NCBI GenBank assembly: GCA_028534125.1
Contig: CM052817.1
Location: forward strand, 35,776,001-35,840,000
Reading direction: 5' to 3'
Source of the DNA: Lama glama
Taxonomy: Eukaryota
DNA length: 64,000 nt
This document shows, in pieces, positions 26,427-41,699 of this stretch; position 1 is the stretch's first letter, and every line of letters starts with the position of its first letter. A program made the position numbers and the translations under genes. Under the pieces are notes generated by a model. That model searched no databases. It worked only from the letters and a program-made list of their open reading frames with translations, and was not told the DNA's origin.

Positions 26427-27030
26427 GTATATTAGTTTTCTATCGCTACACAACAAGTTACCAGAGACTGAGCAGCAACAAACAGTACACATTTGTTACC
26501 TTATGGTTTCTGTAGGTCGGAAGTAAAAGTTCAGCGTGTCCGGTTTCTCCTCCAGGCCCCGCCTGGCTGAAATCAAGGTGTTGGTCAGGGCGGCAGTTCT
26601 CACCTAAGTTTGGGGGTCCTCTTTTAAGCTCGCTGGTTGTTGGCAGAGTTCATTTCCCTGCAGTCATGGGGCTGAGTCGCTGTTTTCCTTCTAGGCTTCA
26701 GCTGGAGCCTTCTCTCCGCCCCTGGAGGATGTCCGCAGTCCCTGCCATGTGGATTCCACTCCTGGTTCACAAGTAGATGCTTGGTTTCTCTCAGGCCAGA
26801 TAGAGTGGGTTTCGCTGACTTCTGGAACCAGCTGGAGAAAAGTCTAGCTTTCAAAGGGCTCACATGATTAGGTCTGGCTCATACAGATAATCTGTCTGGT
26901 TCAAGGTCAACTGATCTGTGACCTGAATAATACTTATGAAATCACTTCACAGCAGTGATTGATTACAGAACTGAGGAAAGGTGTGTGAGTACCAGAGACC
27001 GGGAATCTTCCTTAGAATTCTGCCTACCAC
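26427..27030 (-). mobile_element. MaLR solo LTR (MLT1E/F/G-like)
   Basis: tattagttttctatcgct...ggctgaaatcaaggtgttgg...ttagaattctgcctaccac. Confidence 0.8.
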
Positions 27031-27949
27031 GGTGGGTCTGCATAAATCAAAGTGGAATCACCTGGGACTCTCCCTCCACAAGCTGCAGAAGCGCTGATGT
27101 TGACGCTGACCTTTAAAAACTATGGGAGCTTTGGGGCTTCTGGACTAGCAGCAACCACAAATGCAGATGTTTTCAGGGGCCAAGCAGGTAGCATGGCTCT
27201 GTCACATGAACTTCCAGTATTTTCCGTCCACACAAAGCTTTATGTCAGGTGGCAAAGTCATCACTAGTGACAGAGTCTATTTCAGTTTTGGGGACCCCCC
27301 CGATTCAGCAGGAACGGCATTCAACTTCAGCATTCAACTTGCAAATGCAATCTCAATTCAAATTTAAAATGCTCGGTCTCATGGAATAATCATTATTCTG
27401 CTTACAACTGAAAATTCTCTCCTTATCAGCCCCACAGACCCCCATGAAGATGGAGGTTGTGATTTAGATCCTTGTTGCTTTCCACCCCTTAGAGATTCTA
27501 TTTCTGCCAAATAATCTGGTTGAAGACTGGGGAGAGAGAGGAACGGAGGAGATCAGGCAAGTTCATACTTTGCTGAGTGTTGCTCTCTCTGACAAGGGTT
27601 TGTATCTAACCTGCTCTCAAGGACGTTCTGTGGATTCTTTAGGAAACCCTCCCCCTACAGTCCTTCCTCCTGCCTTACGTGGACACGTGAACAGCTTCTG
27701 GGCATGCGTGCGGGTGGGTGTGTGCACGCGACTCGCGCGCGCACACACGCGCTCACTCCCACACTGACTCTCTGTGTCCCTCCCACACACACATCACCAG
27801 GGATCTCCAACTTGCAGGCCTTATAGTGCAGGTGAAGTACTCTTTTCCATCTCTTGGTTGTAAAACTCCTAACTCAGCCCGCATGAATCTGGAAGGCCGC
27901 CTGCAACGGCATTCAGGCGTGGGAGATGGAGGTTTGTTAGTGGAGCTGA

Positions 27950-28170
27950 GCACATGTTCACATATTTAAGACGCTTGCTTATACAGTTTGACAAACCTCT
28001 CTGTTGTTTTCATCTTTTTGTAACTGATTTGTAGGTGTTCTTCCTATTTTTTCCCAGATTCTAATATTTAGTTATATCACTTCCCTTTTAATTTGCATCT
28101 GGAATCTTTTATCATATCCAAGTTTTAAGTATTAGTGCAGTTAAAGTCACCAAATGTTTCCCTTTTTTCC
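27950..28170 (-). mobile_element. L1ME-type fragment
   Basis: gagctgagcacatgttcacatattt...actgatttgtaggtgttcttc. Confidence 0.5.
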
Positions 28171-28494
28171 TCCTTTTTTGAATTGATCATTTTTAATTAG
28201 CATTTAACTTGAAATTTAAAAAATCATATTTGAGGTGACAAAGTTAAAAATTCAAATCTTTTCCTAATTCTTAAAGATCTGGTAACTAAGTGAATGTGTC
28301 ATCCTTATGTTTTAAACAAAACAGAAATATGTTTACAGTCACAATTTAGGTACATCACAGTCAGGTTTAAAACATTCTTAGTACTTTTCTAGATTTATTA
28401 AAAGTTTACTAAAGAGAAGAAAATGGCAAAATGCCAGCTTGGTTGTAATAGAATGGTAAAATTCAAGCAAAGAACACAAAAATTAAAGGAGTAA

Positions 28495-28680
28495 GGGAAG
28501 GAACTAACATTTGTATTGCCTGTGTCATTTAATCCTCACAATTTTGCAAAAATTTATCCTCAATTTATGGATGAAAGCACTAATCCTCAAAATGATTAAG
28601 TGACTGGGCCGTGGAATTTAGCTTTAAAGCTGAAATTTGAACCCAGGTTTCTTTGGTTCTGAGCCTGGGTAATTACCACT
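28495..28680 (-). mobile_element. MIR SINE
   Basis: tcatttaatcctcacaa...ttatggatgaaagcact...aaatttgaacccaggt. Confidence 0.7.
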
Positions 28681-30150
28681 ATTCCTTTTTGAACATCCAG
28701 TTCATATGTTTCAAGTATCTACCACTGAGAAAAAAATCAACTGGAAAAAAATGTGCATTTATATATACCTCCCAAGGCTGAGACACTTGTTGAAGTGCCC
28801 AGCAGAATGTCTAGCCTTTGGCCATTACTCTTTGGATTGACTTTAGGCAAAAAGAACACAGATAATAAGCAAATACTTTGCAACCCTTTAAGAAGTCTTA
28901 TCTTGCTTCTAAACACCTGGGATATCTTTGACAATGACATTCTGCTTAGGTTTTTTTGTTTTTTGTTTTTTGTTTTTTAATGACAGACCAAGGTTCCTGT
29001 GCAGTTTGATTGAGATGTGTCAAGTGGAACTTAAGAAAAACAGGTGTAGGGAAAGATCATCCCTGAGATGCCAATACTCCCACCAGAAATCTCTCTGAGC
29101 ACTTTCAGCTTCCATTCTGATAATAAGAATGTCCACGATCTTAGTCCTCTATGATGTATTTAGAAAAACAGGCTATAGAACATTAAGATAATTCAAAGGG
29201 TCTAAAGAATTTAGAACTCTGTAACTTAGCTCACTGAGAGTCTAGAATGGTGTTGAGAAAAATTAAACAACGTTGGTATTCATGAATTCATTAAGAACAT
29301 GTGGTAGATCCAAAGTGATCCTATGTGGTTGACAAAAGGCAAGCCCTTCCCAAGAAATAAGAGGTATTTTGAGTTCACAATCAGTCCAGAGAAGCCGAAT
29401 TACGATCAGGCTGCTCTTGCGTTTACTACTCAACATTAAAGGCGTAGGTGAGTGAGAAGAGTTGGCTGGAAGAGGCACCTAATGAGCTGAACGCCTGCTG
29501 GTGGGAAATAAACAGCTGCAGGAGTAAGTCAAGCATCTCTGCCCTCTGAGGACCCGGGCATGACCTACCTTCTCGAATAGCATTTATGTCTTTGGAAATG
29601 CGTGAAGCTTAATTTTGCCAAGAGTGAATGTCAAAGTATACAAGAGTTAGATCATGACAGCCCTTGGACATCATTTTAGGCTGAAATAGTGTGTATTTAT
29701 ATGCACAGAGTTGGTGGAGGGAGAGCATGGCCCTTGGATGTTTTGAAACAATCACTGTGTAAAGTTCATGAAAAATTTGTCAAGTCATTTTTTGAAGATT
29801 TTGGGGTTCATAGATTTTATATCTATCCAACTCTACAGCTTTTTTGATGAATTGAACACAAATTCAAGAAGGCAAAAAGGATCTAATTATAGTGTTAGCT
29901 TTATTAATGGTTAAGCTGGATTGGAGGCCATAGCTGGTCTTCCACCTTCTTTTAGGAACCTGTGACTTGTGTACCCAGGAATGGACGGACGAAGAAGTTG
30001 GCGCCACACTGCAGCTCAGCTGGATGGCTTGAATATAAGTGTCCACGCTAACACAGAGATGTGCTCCATACCCCACCCCTTCCTGTATATCCACGAATGC
30101 CAACCTCTCATCACTATCACCAAGCAAAAGCAAAAGTTCACACTTGTATA

Positions 30151-30168
30151 CACACACACACACACACA
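30151..30168. repeat. (CA)9 microsatellite
   Basis: Read directly from the sequence. Confidence 0.9.
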
Positions 30169-30382
30169 CCCCGCTGTGCCACCAACAGCAGGAAAAACCA
30201 CTACCTCCGATGCCGTGCAGGCTTTGTTGATGCTATGAGAATTCTATTTCAATTAAAGGGAAAAACCCTTTCACTGTATATACTTTCAGCTCTTCTTGTA
30301 GATACCTGGCAAAAGTCTGTCACACTGAAATCAACCGATTCTAAGCATCTAGGCCTAAGAGAACAATTTTGTGGCAAACGCA

Positions 30383-30432
30383 GTAACAACAAAAAACAAA
30401 CACTGTAACTTTTCATCTGTATCACATTTATT
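30383..30432 (-). terminator. Candidate distal polyadenylation site
   Basis: Minus strand: AATAAA (30427-30432), then tgtgatacagatgaaaagttaca, then GU/U-rich gtgtttgttttttgttgtt. Confidence 0.6.
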
Positions 30433-33400
30433 ATGGAAAGTGAAATGCAAAAAAAATTATATTTGAAAGTTTTTCAAGGGTAAAACTAGATCATCAGTTG
30501 AATTTCGTTCATTCATCCATTCAGATATCAAATCCACAATGAGGTTGGAAGTGTACATAATTTCCAAATCTTGATCTGTCCTCATATAAATCTTAATAGT
30601 TCATCCTTTTTCTAGGAAATGAAATTTTATTGGCAGGTCGATTTCTGGAAGATGAGGACTTTCTTAAATAAATCATTTAATGACCTTTGTATATAGACAG
30701 TATGAAAAGACATAACTTTAGATTCTAATACTGATACATTCATAAATGGAATTTCATTTTAAATACTACCATTTCTTCAGTGATTTAACATCACACTACA
30801 GTTTTGCTCTTTCTCTGTTGAGTACTTACACACACAAATGATTCTTACATTGACATCTATAATTTTTCTGGATGGCATTTAAATTAATATGCATCTCTCA
30901 AAATAATTACATAAATCTGTCTTTTAAGCAACAGTAAATATTGACATCAAGATTTCATGTGTACTGCTCTTATAAAGAGTTTGTTTTTAGTCGTTAAAAA
31001 ACACAGCTAGCTCTAGTTATAATTGTAGTGTTCTTATGGTTGGTTAATCTTTTTATCTAAAATACAAAGATGGCACATTCAGTTTTTAAAACATGAATAT
31101 GTATTAAATGGTATTACTAACTTTCTACTGAGAAGTGGTTATATTTGTACCTTGCCACACAGAATTCTCTATTAATTGGCAATTCTGGTATTTCCATTCA
31201 TATCTTCAACCTAATATCCAGCCAACATAATTTTCAGCATCAAAGAATTGAGGTCAAATCATATTAGGTTCTAGGAACCATATCACAGACTTTCTGATCG
31301 CCAATAGAGTATTTCCTTTTAAAAGAAATGAGAGAAACTAAAACAATGTCAACTCACCGATTGGAATTGTGGTAAGTTGACGTACCCAATGTTAGCATTC
31401 CCTGGCCAATGACTCTAATCTTATCTAGTCCCCACTGCAGCACCTGGCGTCAACATCGTAGTTTATCTGAGTCTATCTTAAGGAAATCCCAATTGCTATT
31501 ATCCTATTCTTCTACCAGTGTCGCCTGTCATTTTAAAAAAAATTTGCTTTGACTTTGACTTCTCTTTGGTGTTGCTAAACATTGTTTTGCTGATCTCAAG
31601 AGAAGAATTCCTGCAATCAGGTTTCACTCTGAGTGACTATATACTGTTTTGAAATTTAGAGCTATGTCTTTGAAAAAAAATGTAGGGCTTTTATCAGCCT
31701 GTGCAAATAAACATACTAATAAATGTACAAATGGAGTCTATAAAACATAATTGGTTTTCCCCAGTGTTTGTCATTTCCAGATAGAAAATTAGGTGCTAAA
31801 AGAACAGCATTAAGCCTTTGAAGATGCTCAGGTACCAGTCCGTGCCTCAGTGAGACACCAACTAGCTATGCATGGTCCAGTGGGGCTGGGCTTTCTAAGC
31901 ACCAAATCTGCTACCAGGGAGTAACACCATTGAATATGGAGCATCTGATCTGATATTACTATACATATAACAGAACAGTCATGGAAGGATGCAGCTTTCA
32001 ATTAGTTGTTTTAATTTGTGATTTATTTAAATATACCAGTATGAATAAAATGCATCTATGTGCGCATGGATAGGTGGGTAAGCTATTTACAGTTATGTCA
32101 TGTATACATTTTTATGTGTAGAAAATGAAAATACACATTGATTAGCCCTTCTGAGGCTAACAACTCTTTCTTTCCAGCAACTGCTTTGAGGATTTAGATA
32201 ATTCATACAAGGTATGTACACAATCACACCCATAGTATGTACATCCTAGTCACACACTTAACACGGAGAAGATGTGTGAGGAATGTAAATCAACCCAGTG
32301 GTCAAAGAACTGACCTTACCTGTGACTAAGGATGTGGGGGATTAGCCCTGGCATATTTAGTAACATGCCCGTGCACTGACTAATGTGTTCAGCCTTTGTG
32401 ATAATTATGTGATCTACTCTCAGAGATGCTTAAAAAAAAAAAAAAACAGCCCTTTCTGACCTTCGAAAATGAAAGGACAAATTCTGTTACTGAACACGCA
32501 CACACACGTCTGTTGGTTTTATTCACTTTCGAACATGCAGCCTCCTGATGACAGAACCTGGCCTTAAAATGGGATACAGCATGGTATTTTTTTCTACACA
32601 TAAAAACAGAAAACCAGCCACTCACAGACATTACACACTTACAGGATGTACTGACATACCACGACCAGCTACAGTGTTATGCACGACATATTGTTCACAC
32701 GTTAGTACAGCGAGATAAATACATTTAGAAATTTAGTAATTGTTACTGTATTTCCTTCTTGAGTTTTCAGGCCCTGATGACCTCTCTCAACCTCAGAAAA
32801 AGGTATTTCCAGACGCCCTTAACACAAGAATTAGGCTCTCCTCCCTGCTAGAGATTGAGGAGCATGACTATTAATACTGTAATCTCCCGATGACCAACAT
32901 CATCGTAAGACACGCCAGAAAGCATTAATGAAGAATAATCTACTCAAAGATGTGGTTAAAATAAATGCTAAGACTACTGAAATCATTAAGAGACATGGAT
33001 ACACATGGATAAGCCCCTTCCGCGCATTTCTGGTTTGCTCTATACAGAATCTTTACATGATATTAAAAGCAATATGAACCAGAAAAATGTTGTTTAACTG
33101 CTTAAAAGTTCTGCCGAAGAATAGACAGTTTAATTTTTAAAGGAACAAAGAGTAACACTAGCAGCAATTCCAAAAAGCAAGCTCTCATTTTCACCCCAAA
33201 ATAAGCAGATGACATCCCCCCATTTTAAGAGTTCAAGAAAGAAGTTAGTGTTTCACCCCCCACTGAGTTCTCTTTAACTCACTGAAATCCCTAGGGTATC
33301 TCTCATCATAACTATCCCCATGCTGGTCGATCATCAGTATCTTTTTTTGAAGTGTAAAATATGTCATTTTTATTCCAGCCAATCGATTTTGAGCTTGAAC

Positions 33401-33556
33401 CCAAAAGGATACTTGAGGAAGAATTGGTTTTCAGAAACACCCATTGAGAACATCATTTTCAGTAAGGCATTATTTGAGGCCCACTTTGAGATGAGTACTC
33501 ACATTTTAGTTATTTTGCATTTGAGAACCCTTATTTTTTTTTCCATAGTTAAGGCT

Positions 33557-33598
33557 GGTAATCCTCCACGCAAAGTTGGTAATCCTCCACACAAAGTT
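33557..33598. repeat. 21-bp tandem duplication (2 copies, 1 mismatch)
   Basis: ggtaatcctccacGcaaagtt ggtaatcctccacAcaaagtt. Confidence 0.95.
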
Positions 33599-35489
33599 AC
33601 CTGAATTGCTTTCCTACAAGCGAGTGTCCAGGAATAGCAATTACCATACATTTAATCCTTCATTTCAACCAAGTTTCCAGTGTTGTCTTGAGTTTTAACT
33701 TGGTGACTCCTTTGGTCTTGGCTAGTGTTAAAACAGAGACGTTAACCATAAAATCTAATGCTCACTACAGCTGGACCTCTCAATGGCTCTCCTAAACAAG
33801 TTTTTCCAGCAAGAAAGCAGAAAGTATGCCTTTGCTTATTTTAGCCTGTGGGTTACAGTCAGTCTTTATGGAGCAAACCATAATTATATAATGGTGTGCC
33901 CATTACAGACGCACTTGCTGGTATAACTGCCTCTTTTTGGCACATTATTGCTTGGCTTTAATTTCATTATCAACAGTCTTTATTCTCATGATGAGTATCC
34001 AAGATATCTGGGTCTTAAAAAAAAAAAAACCACACACACGAAACTTGTGAATAACATCTTGGTGCTTCATTCTGGCCTCCACAGTCATTTCGCCCCCAGG
34101 CCCACGGTTATTTAAATGTCCCTTGTAATGATCATCACTTTGATTTACCTAATAGCCAACAGTAATTTTTCAGGGTTTTTTGTTGTTTCTATCCACACAT
34201 GTATACAGATGTATTGGATTTACTTTGAGAGAGGTTATTTGGTTGTGGCAAGTGAGTAGTTTAGCTGGTGAATGTTCACAGTTAAAAGTAGCTGTAATGA
34301 CCTCTGGCAGATGTCACGGATTGTGAGACATGAGTTTTCCACTTCAATCCATCTTCATCTATGTCCTTGGTCACTGTAAAGCAAATTGATCTTATTTCTG
34401 TAGCCAAGATTTTTTTTTCTCCCAAGAGTAGGATAAAGTTCACGGAAATCTTTTTCAGTATTTACAAGACTTTTTTCTCATTTGCAAAAATGTCTAAAAT
34501 CTCGTTGACATCCGTAAGCCCAAGTGTCTGCACAGATGCCATTTATAATTACTTAGCTGGCTGCAGAATTTTGTTAAGAAGGATACAGTTACAAGGATGG
34601 ACAGGAGATTCAGCACATCACCTGTTATTTGCCAGGTGGTAGCAGCTGACCCACACTGGGACAGATTCAACCGAAAGGGCCACATGTGGATTCAAAGGAT
34701 GTCGCTAACAGAAAACAAAATCCTCAACTAGGAACATAAAGTAGCAAGCACTGAGGCAGATGTGGGCAAGACTTCTGATTCACTATGGAGACAAAATGGG
34801 GGTGGGGACAAGATGGTCAGCTCATTTATCCAAGCTCCTGCTGAGTTCACTGTATTCTTATCACAAAGGGAAATTCACAGGCTTCATTTCTCAAATACCA
34901 CTTAGGACCAAGCTGGAGAGTAAACAGCGTCATCTCCATGGCAGCACTGTAGACGATTGGTAAGTCAGACAGGTAGAGGCCTGCACCAGGCTGCAGGTGC
35001 CCAATTTTCAGTAAAAACACATATACAAACCTTATCCTAATGTATGGTTTTTCTTTCTACTGAGTCTTAAAAAGTAGACAAGGGGTGTGGTGAGTTACAT
35101 TTTTTAACACTTGCACAACATGTAGGAGGAAGAGAAGACAGCTTCTCACATTTTGGCAGCAAAACAGTAACGAAGTGGATACAGCAAAGGCCAACCAATT
35201 TACATCAACAGCATACTCATAGATGTCCTCTGTAAACAAACTGTAAAGTCACATCATAGTCTATTCTTCACGTGGTGTCGACAGGTATTCCCAGAATGAT
35301 AGGAACTCCCAGAGATGAGAGGAAGAAGAGGAGAGTCAGCTAGGAATGATAAAACCTTACAATTCTGGGATGCAACCCAAAGTCGTTTTCCTCTTCTGCC
35401 TTCGACTTGAAGATGACAAGCTCTTATTAAGAATTTGGTTCCAAAATTCAACCTCTAGGGTATATGTTACACATGCATATTCAGTCCAA

Positions 35490-35495
35490 TTTATT
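35490..35495 (-). terminator. Candidate internal poly(A) signal (~3.5 kb 3' UTR isoform)
   Basis: Minus-strand AATAAA followed by ttggactgaatatgcatgtgtaaca. Other AATAAA candidates at 36296-36301 and 37783-37788. Confidence 0.35.
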
Positions 35496-38400
35496 TTATG
35501 ATATTTAACCTATAACATGGAGAATAATGGTATCCGAAATAATAAATATTAGACAATTCTTAAGATTCAAAAATCATCAAAAATCAAATAATACTCAATA
35601 TAGCTGAACTTGCTATGGTAGGAAAACACAGCAATATTTTTTACAAATATTTCATATTGGATGCAAACAAAAAGGTTTCTGGTTAACTTTGATCTAAAAC
35701 AACGTTCACCTTCTGCCACTGATCCAAGACACAAAGGTTAATTAAGATTTCACTGTATGTGAAGTAGTTGGTCTGTGGCATCAAGGCCAAGAATCCAGAA
35801 AGACATCATTAGAAAAGCACTGAAGGTAAATATATGACAGCCGAAGTGATCACATTTTTCTTGTAGTCATAAAAAGTAGAAAAATCAATATTTAAATTGA
35901 AACTTCTAGTGTTCACTGGGTAAGCCATATCACATCTTCACATTTTAAACATTTAGATGTTCTAACTTGTTTCTCTTTTGCTACTGGTTTAAAAAATATC
36001 TTATATATATATATATATATATCTACTTAATATAATATTTCCTCCACTTATTTCAACAACTAAAATGCATTAAAAAGGACCCAAACATAACTAAAAGAAG
36101 TCAAGGACAAAAACAAACAGCTTTCAACCCCATGTGTGTCATGCAGGTAAGGAACAGCAGAGCAAGTTCAAAGAGTCTGCCAAGAATATTGTTTTGCAAT
36201 GTCAGTTGCTAGATGAACCTAAGGAATGACAATGCTGTCCCGAATGTGTACGCTGGGTCACAGATCGAAGTGAAGGAACATTTTCACATCAAGGTTTTAT
36301 TGTGAGAGTACTCAGGGTATCGTAATGCAAAACACTGCCGTCCTGATTAGGCTCCTGTCTTATTTATCCATTTGATGAGCTATTTCTGTGACTGTTCTTA
36401 AAAGCTGTTCCTTCTATAAGATTCCGTAAGTGAGAAGGAAGCTTTTGTAAAGACGGATGTTAAAAGATTAAAGGTGTAAAAGTAAAGGTTAGTTCCAGTA
36501 CCAAAGAAAACCAGTTAAGGTTACTACATCGAGCATTAAGTTTTAATTCGAGAGGCAAAACTAGAACACCAAATTCAGGTTTAACTTATTTCATTTCATT
36601 AATTTATTTATTTTTAATGGGCAACGGAGGCCCACAGCTCAGTGGCCTCTGCTTCCTTTCACTATTTATAAACCACGTGGTTACTCCCAACTCATGACAA
36701 CAAATATTATTACCAGACGCTGAATTCTTCCTTTCTTCCCATTTTCATGCAGGAACAGCCTGTTCTAGCCAGTTCAGAGCAGAGGATTACCTGGGGCTCA
36801 CCCGTCTGGAGTGGGTACCGCTGACAGCTGCTACTGTGTACACAGGATGTTCTCCATGTGTACACAGCACGTACGCCAGCGTGGGAGGGAGACAGCCAGT
36901 GGGCGAGAGACAGGAGGGAGATTACATCGTGGCAAAGGCATTTCCTACAGAAGTGGCACGGACACTACCACAAATGGGTATTTAAGGCCAAGGGGAGCGT
37001 TTTGGACTAAATTCATTAATAATAATTTGATTGCTCATTGGATGGTCATTTCTGCATTAGATAGCATCCTTGATGGAGGCCCAACAGTAAGACATGGAAA
37101 CACGGGCTTTACTAAACTGCTCATTCTAAGTTCCAAGTATAACAAGCGTACTTGCCATTCAGAGCATGCTTGCTCTGAGAGTGCTGTGACCGTGGCCCAC
37201 GTATGCAGGTGCCACAGACAGTCCAACGGCTTTGAAAGAAATCAATGGCTCTTTACTAACTTAGGTTATGTCCAGTGTAGCTTGTGGTGTTAAAGTTTAG
37301 GTATGATTCCTCCCCTCCATAATGTTCAGAATCTGCAATAGAGAATTAAAATGAAAAAACAAAAAAGCCAAAAGAAAAACTGTGAATTTACTGCCCAAAT
37401 GGCATTTCTGAATCTCTGGAGAGAGAACACACAGTCAGATACTCTTTTCTGGCTCATCGAGGGCAATGAGATTAGAGAAAGCAACCAGCGCCCCTCCAAC
37501 CAACAGTGACTCTCTAAATGCGAGGTGGAAACCAGCAACCTCCCTACCACGAGTCCAGGAGGGGAAGCCCTTTTGGGCCCTCGCTCTCTCCCCTCTTGTC
37601 CGTCACCCCAACTCAAGCCACTCTTGGTCGTTCCAGCCCAGTGCCCTGCAGAACACTCATAAGCCCTAGGAATACGCTCCTCTTAAGGAGACAGGTGAGG
37701 GCTCAGCTCAGACAGGTGCCTATGTTCTCAAGGACCAAGCCCACCCAAAGCTCAAAAACGTGTTTCAGTAAAGGTGGCTTCTTTTATTGGGTTTGAAGGG
37801 TGGTATTTTATGACGTTTTTCTCTTGAAATCAATAGGCTTACAGAGGTTACCATTTTATCATAGATTAGATTCAAGCAATAAGATGATATTAGTCTACGT
37901 ACAAGAACAGCGAGGAAGCTCACATTCTAATCGGTGTGGACCACACTTTCTACTAGAAGCCACTGAACCAAGTCAAACAAAAACACAAACTCCATTCTGT
38001 TTACAGGAGTCTCATATGTGTTGTTTTGTTATTCAGGAGGCTTTCTTTTCTTTTTCTTTTAACACCTAAAAATAGAGTGTTTGGTGATTCGCTATTTATA
38101 ATTCCTTACCCGAACCGTGACACTCTCAGTAGAATGTCATTGGAGAACACCTGCACAACATAAAATTGAGTATTATCAATAACTTGATGACTCTCTCCAA
38201 GAATTCAGTCACATGTACTTTCTCTAGGGTAAGGAAATATGAATTTAGTCTAATCACAATCACAGAGATGAAACTTGCCTTCAGGGCAGGAAAAGGTGCA
38301 TATATAAATTCATGTTTTATGTGGGCAATATTCATAGTCAAATGCTTCACTAATTTTTTTCCTAATATAACTTTCTTATATTTATTAACAGGTATAACAA

Positions 38401-38991
38401 GGTTTATAAAAAGGGTTATCTGCAAATGTTTACAAATATGACTTCATATTTGGTATTTTATGCATTTAAATGTTTTTACCTAATATCTTCTGGCCTAAGG
38501 AGTCAAATTTGTTTCAATTTTTTATATGATAGTTCTTATCAACTACTTAAATTTTGTGGGGTAACAGCATTCTCACTGCAATGGACCAAAAAGTATAACA
38601 GTATTTTTGCTATTTTTAACATAAAGCCGAGATTTTAATGGAAATACTAGTGTGATAAAATGAGGCAGTTATACAAAATGATACATATATAATGATAATG
38701 ATAGTTCTGTAAGCAACAGCATATTAAAAAAACAGTGAATTCTATTTCCTCTTAATTACGGTTGTAAACCTTCAGTGAAGCTTGCTTGTTTTCTTTCTTT
38801 CCAATTGAAATGATGTGTGTGTTTTTTTTTAATGAAGACTCCATCAAGGGACCCCACTAGCCTTCACAGCAATTTCCTGGAGTTAACACTTGCTTTCTCT
38901 TCCTGGTCTCTCAGGAAAAAAACAAGTAAGCTTTGACAGACGGACACCTACGAAGACCACATGCAAGGGCTCCCTGCAGCTGTTTTCCTTT

Positions 38992-41409
<2,418 letters not shown>

Positions 41410-41454
41410 TCAGAGTGAAGACGCCGTCAAGGACGATTCCGCTGCAGGGCCAAC

Positions 41455-41485
41455 CTGGGAATCAAGGAAACAGCACCATTAATAG
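41455..41485 (-). promoter_or_regulatory. 3' splice acceptor of the GPRIN3 coding exon (exon starts at 41454, 114 nt before ATG)
   Basis: Minus strand reads ctattaat-ggtgctgtttccttgattccCAG|GTTGG: branch-point-like TTAAT, pyrimidine tract, CAG/G. No upstream AUG between acceptor and start codon. Confidence 0.75.
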
Positions 41486-41699
41486 AGAACAGAATTTGAG
41501 GATGTGAAACTTGTTGTCACCTGTTTAAGATCTCATAAGAACATCAAACCTTTTCTTCCCATAGAAATAGATCTTGGGAAGAAAGATTTTGGAAAAATTC
41601 TTTTGATTATACAAGTACATTTTGATATATTAGTTCCGTTTGCATCCCATTGCTGTCCAGCAGATAGGTTTTTAATGTGTTTACCTACACACTTGATAA

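Larger units (their letters stand above)
30405..38991 (-). other. Probable long GPRIN3 3' UTR (~8.6 kb)
   Basis: AT-rich and almost free of recognisable interspersed repeats; ends in a well-formed minus-strand poly(A) site. Confidence 0.55.

Noticed and set aside
36811..37293. 160-aa + strand ORF antisense to the 3' UTR
   Set aside because: GTG start, no recognisable domain, no exon structure.
37484..37500. CTCF-like motif (also near 34630, 41366, 45898)
   Set aside because: Only partial matches to the core; not distinguishable from background without a PWM scan or ChIP data.
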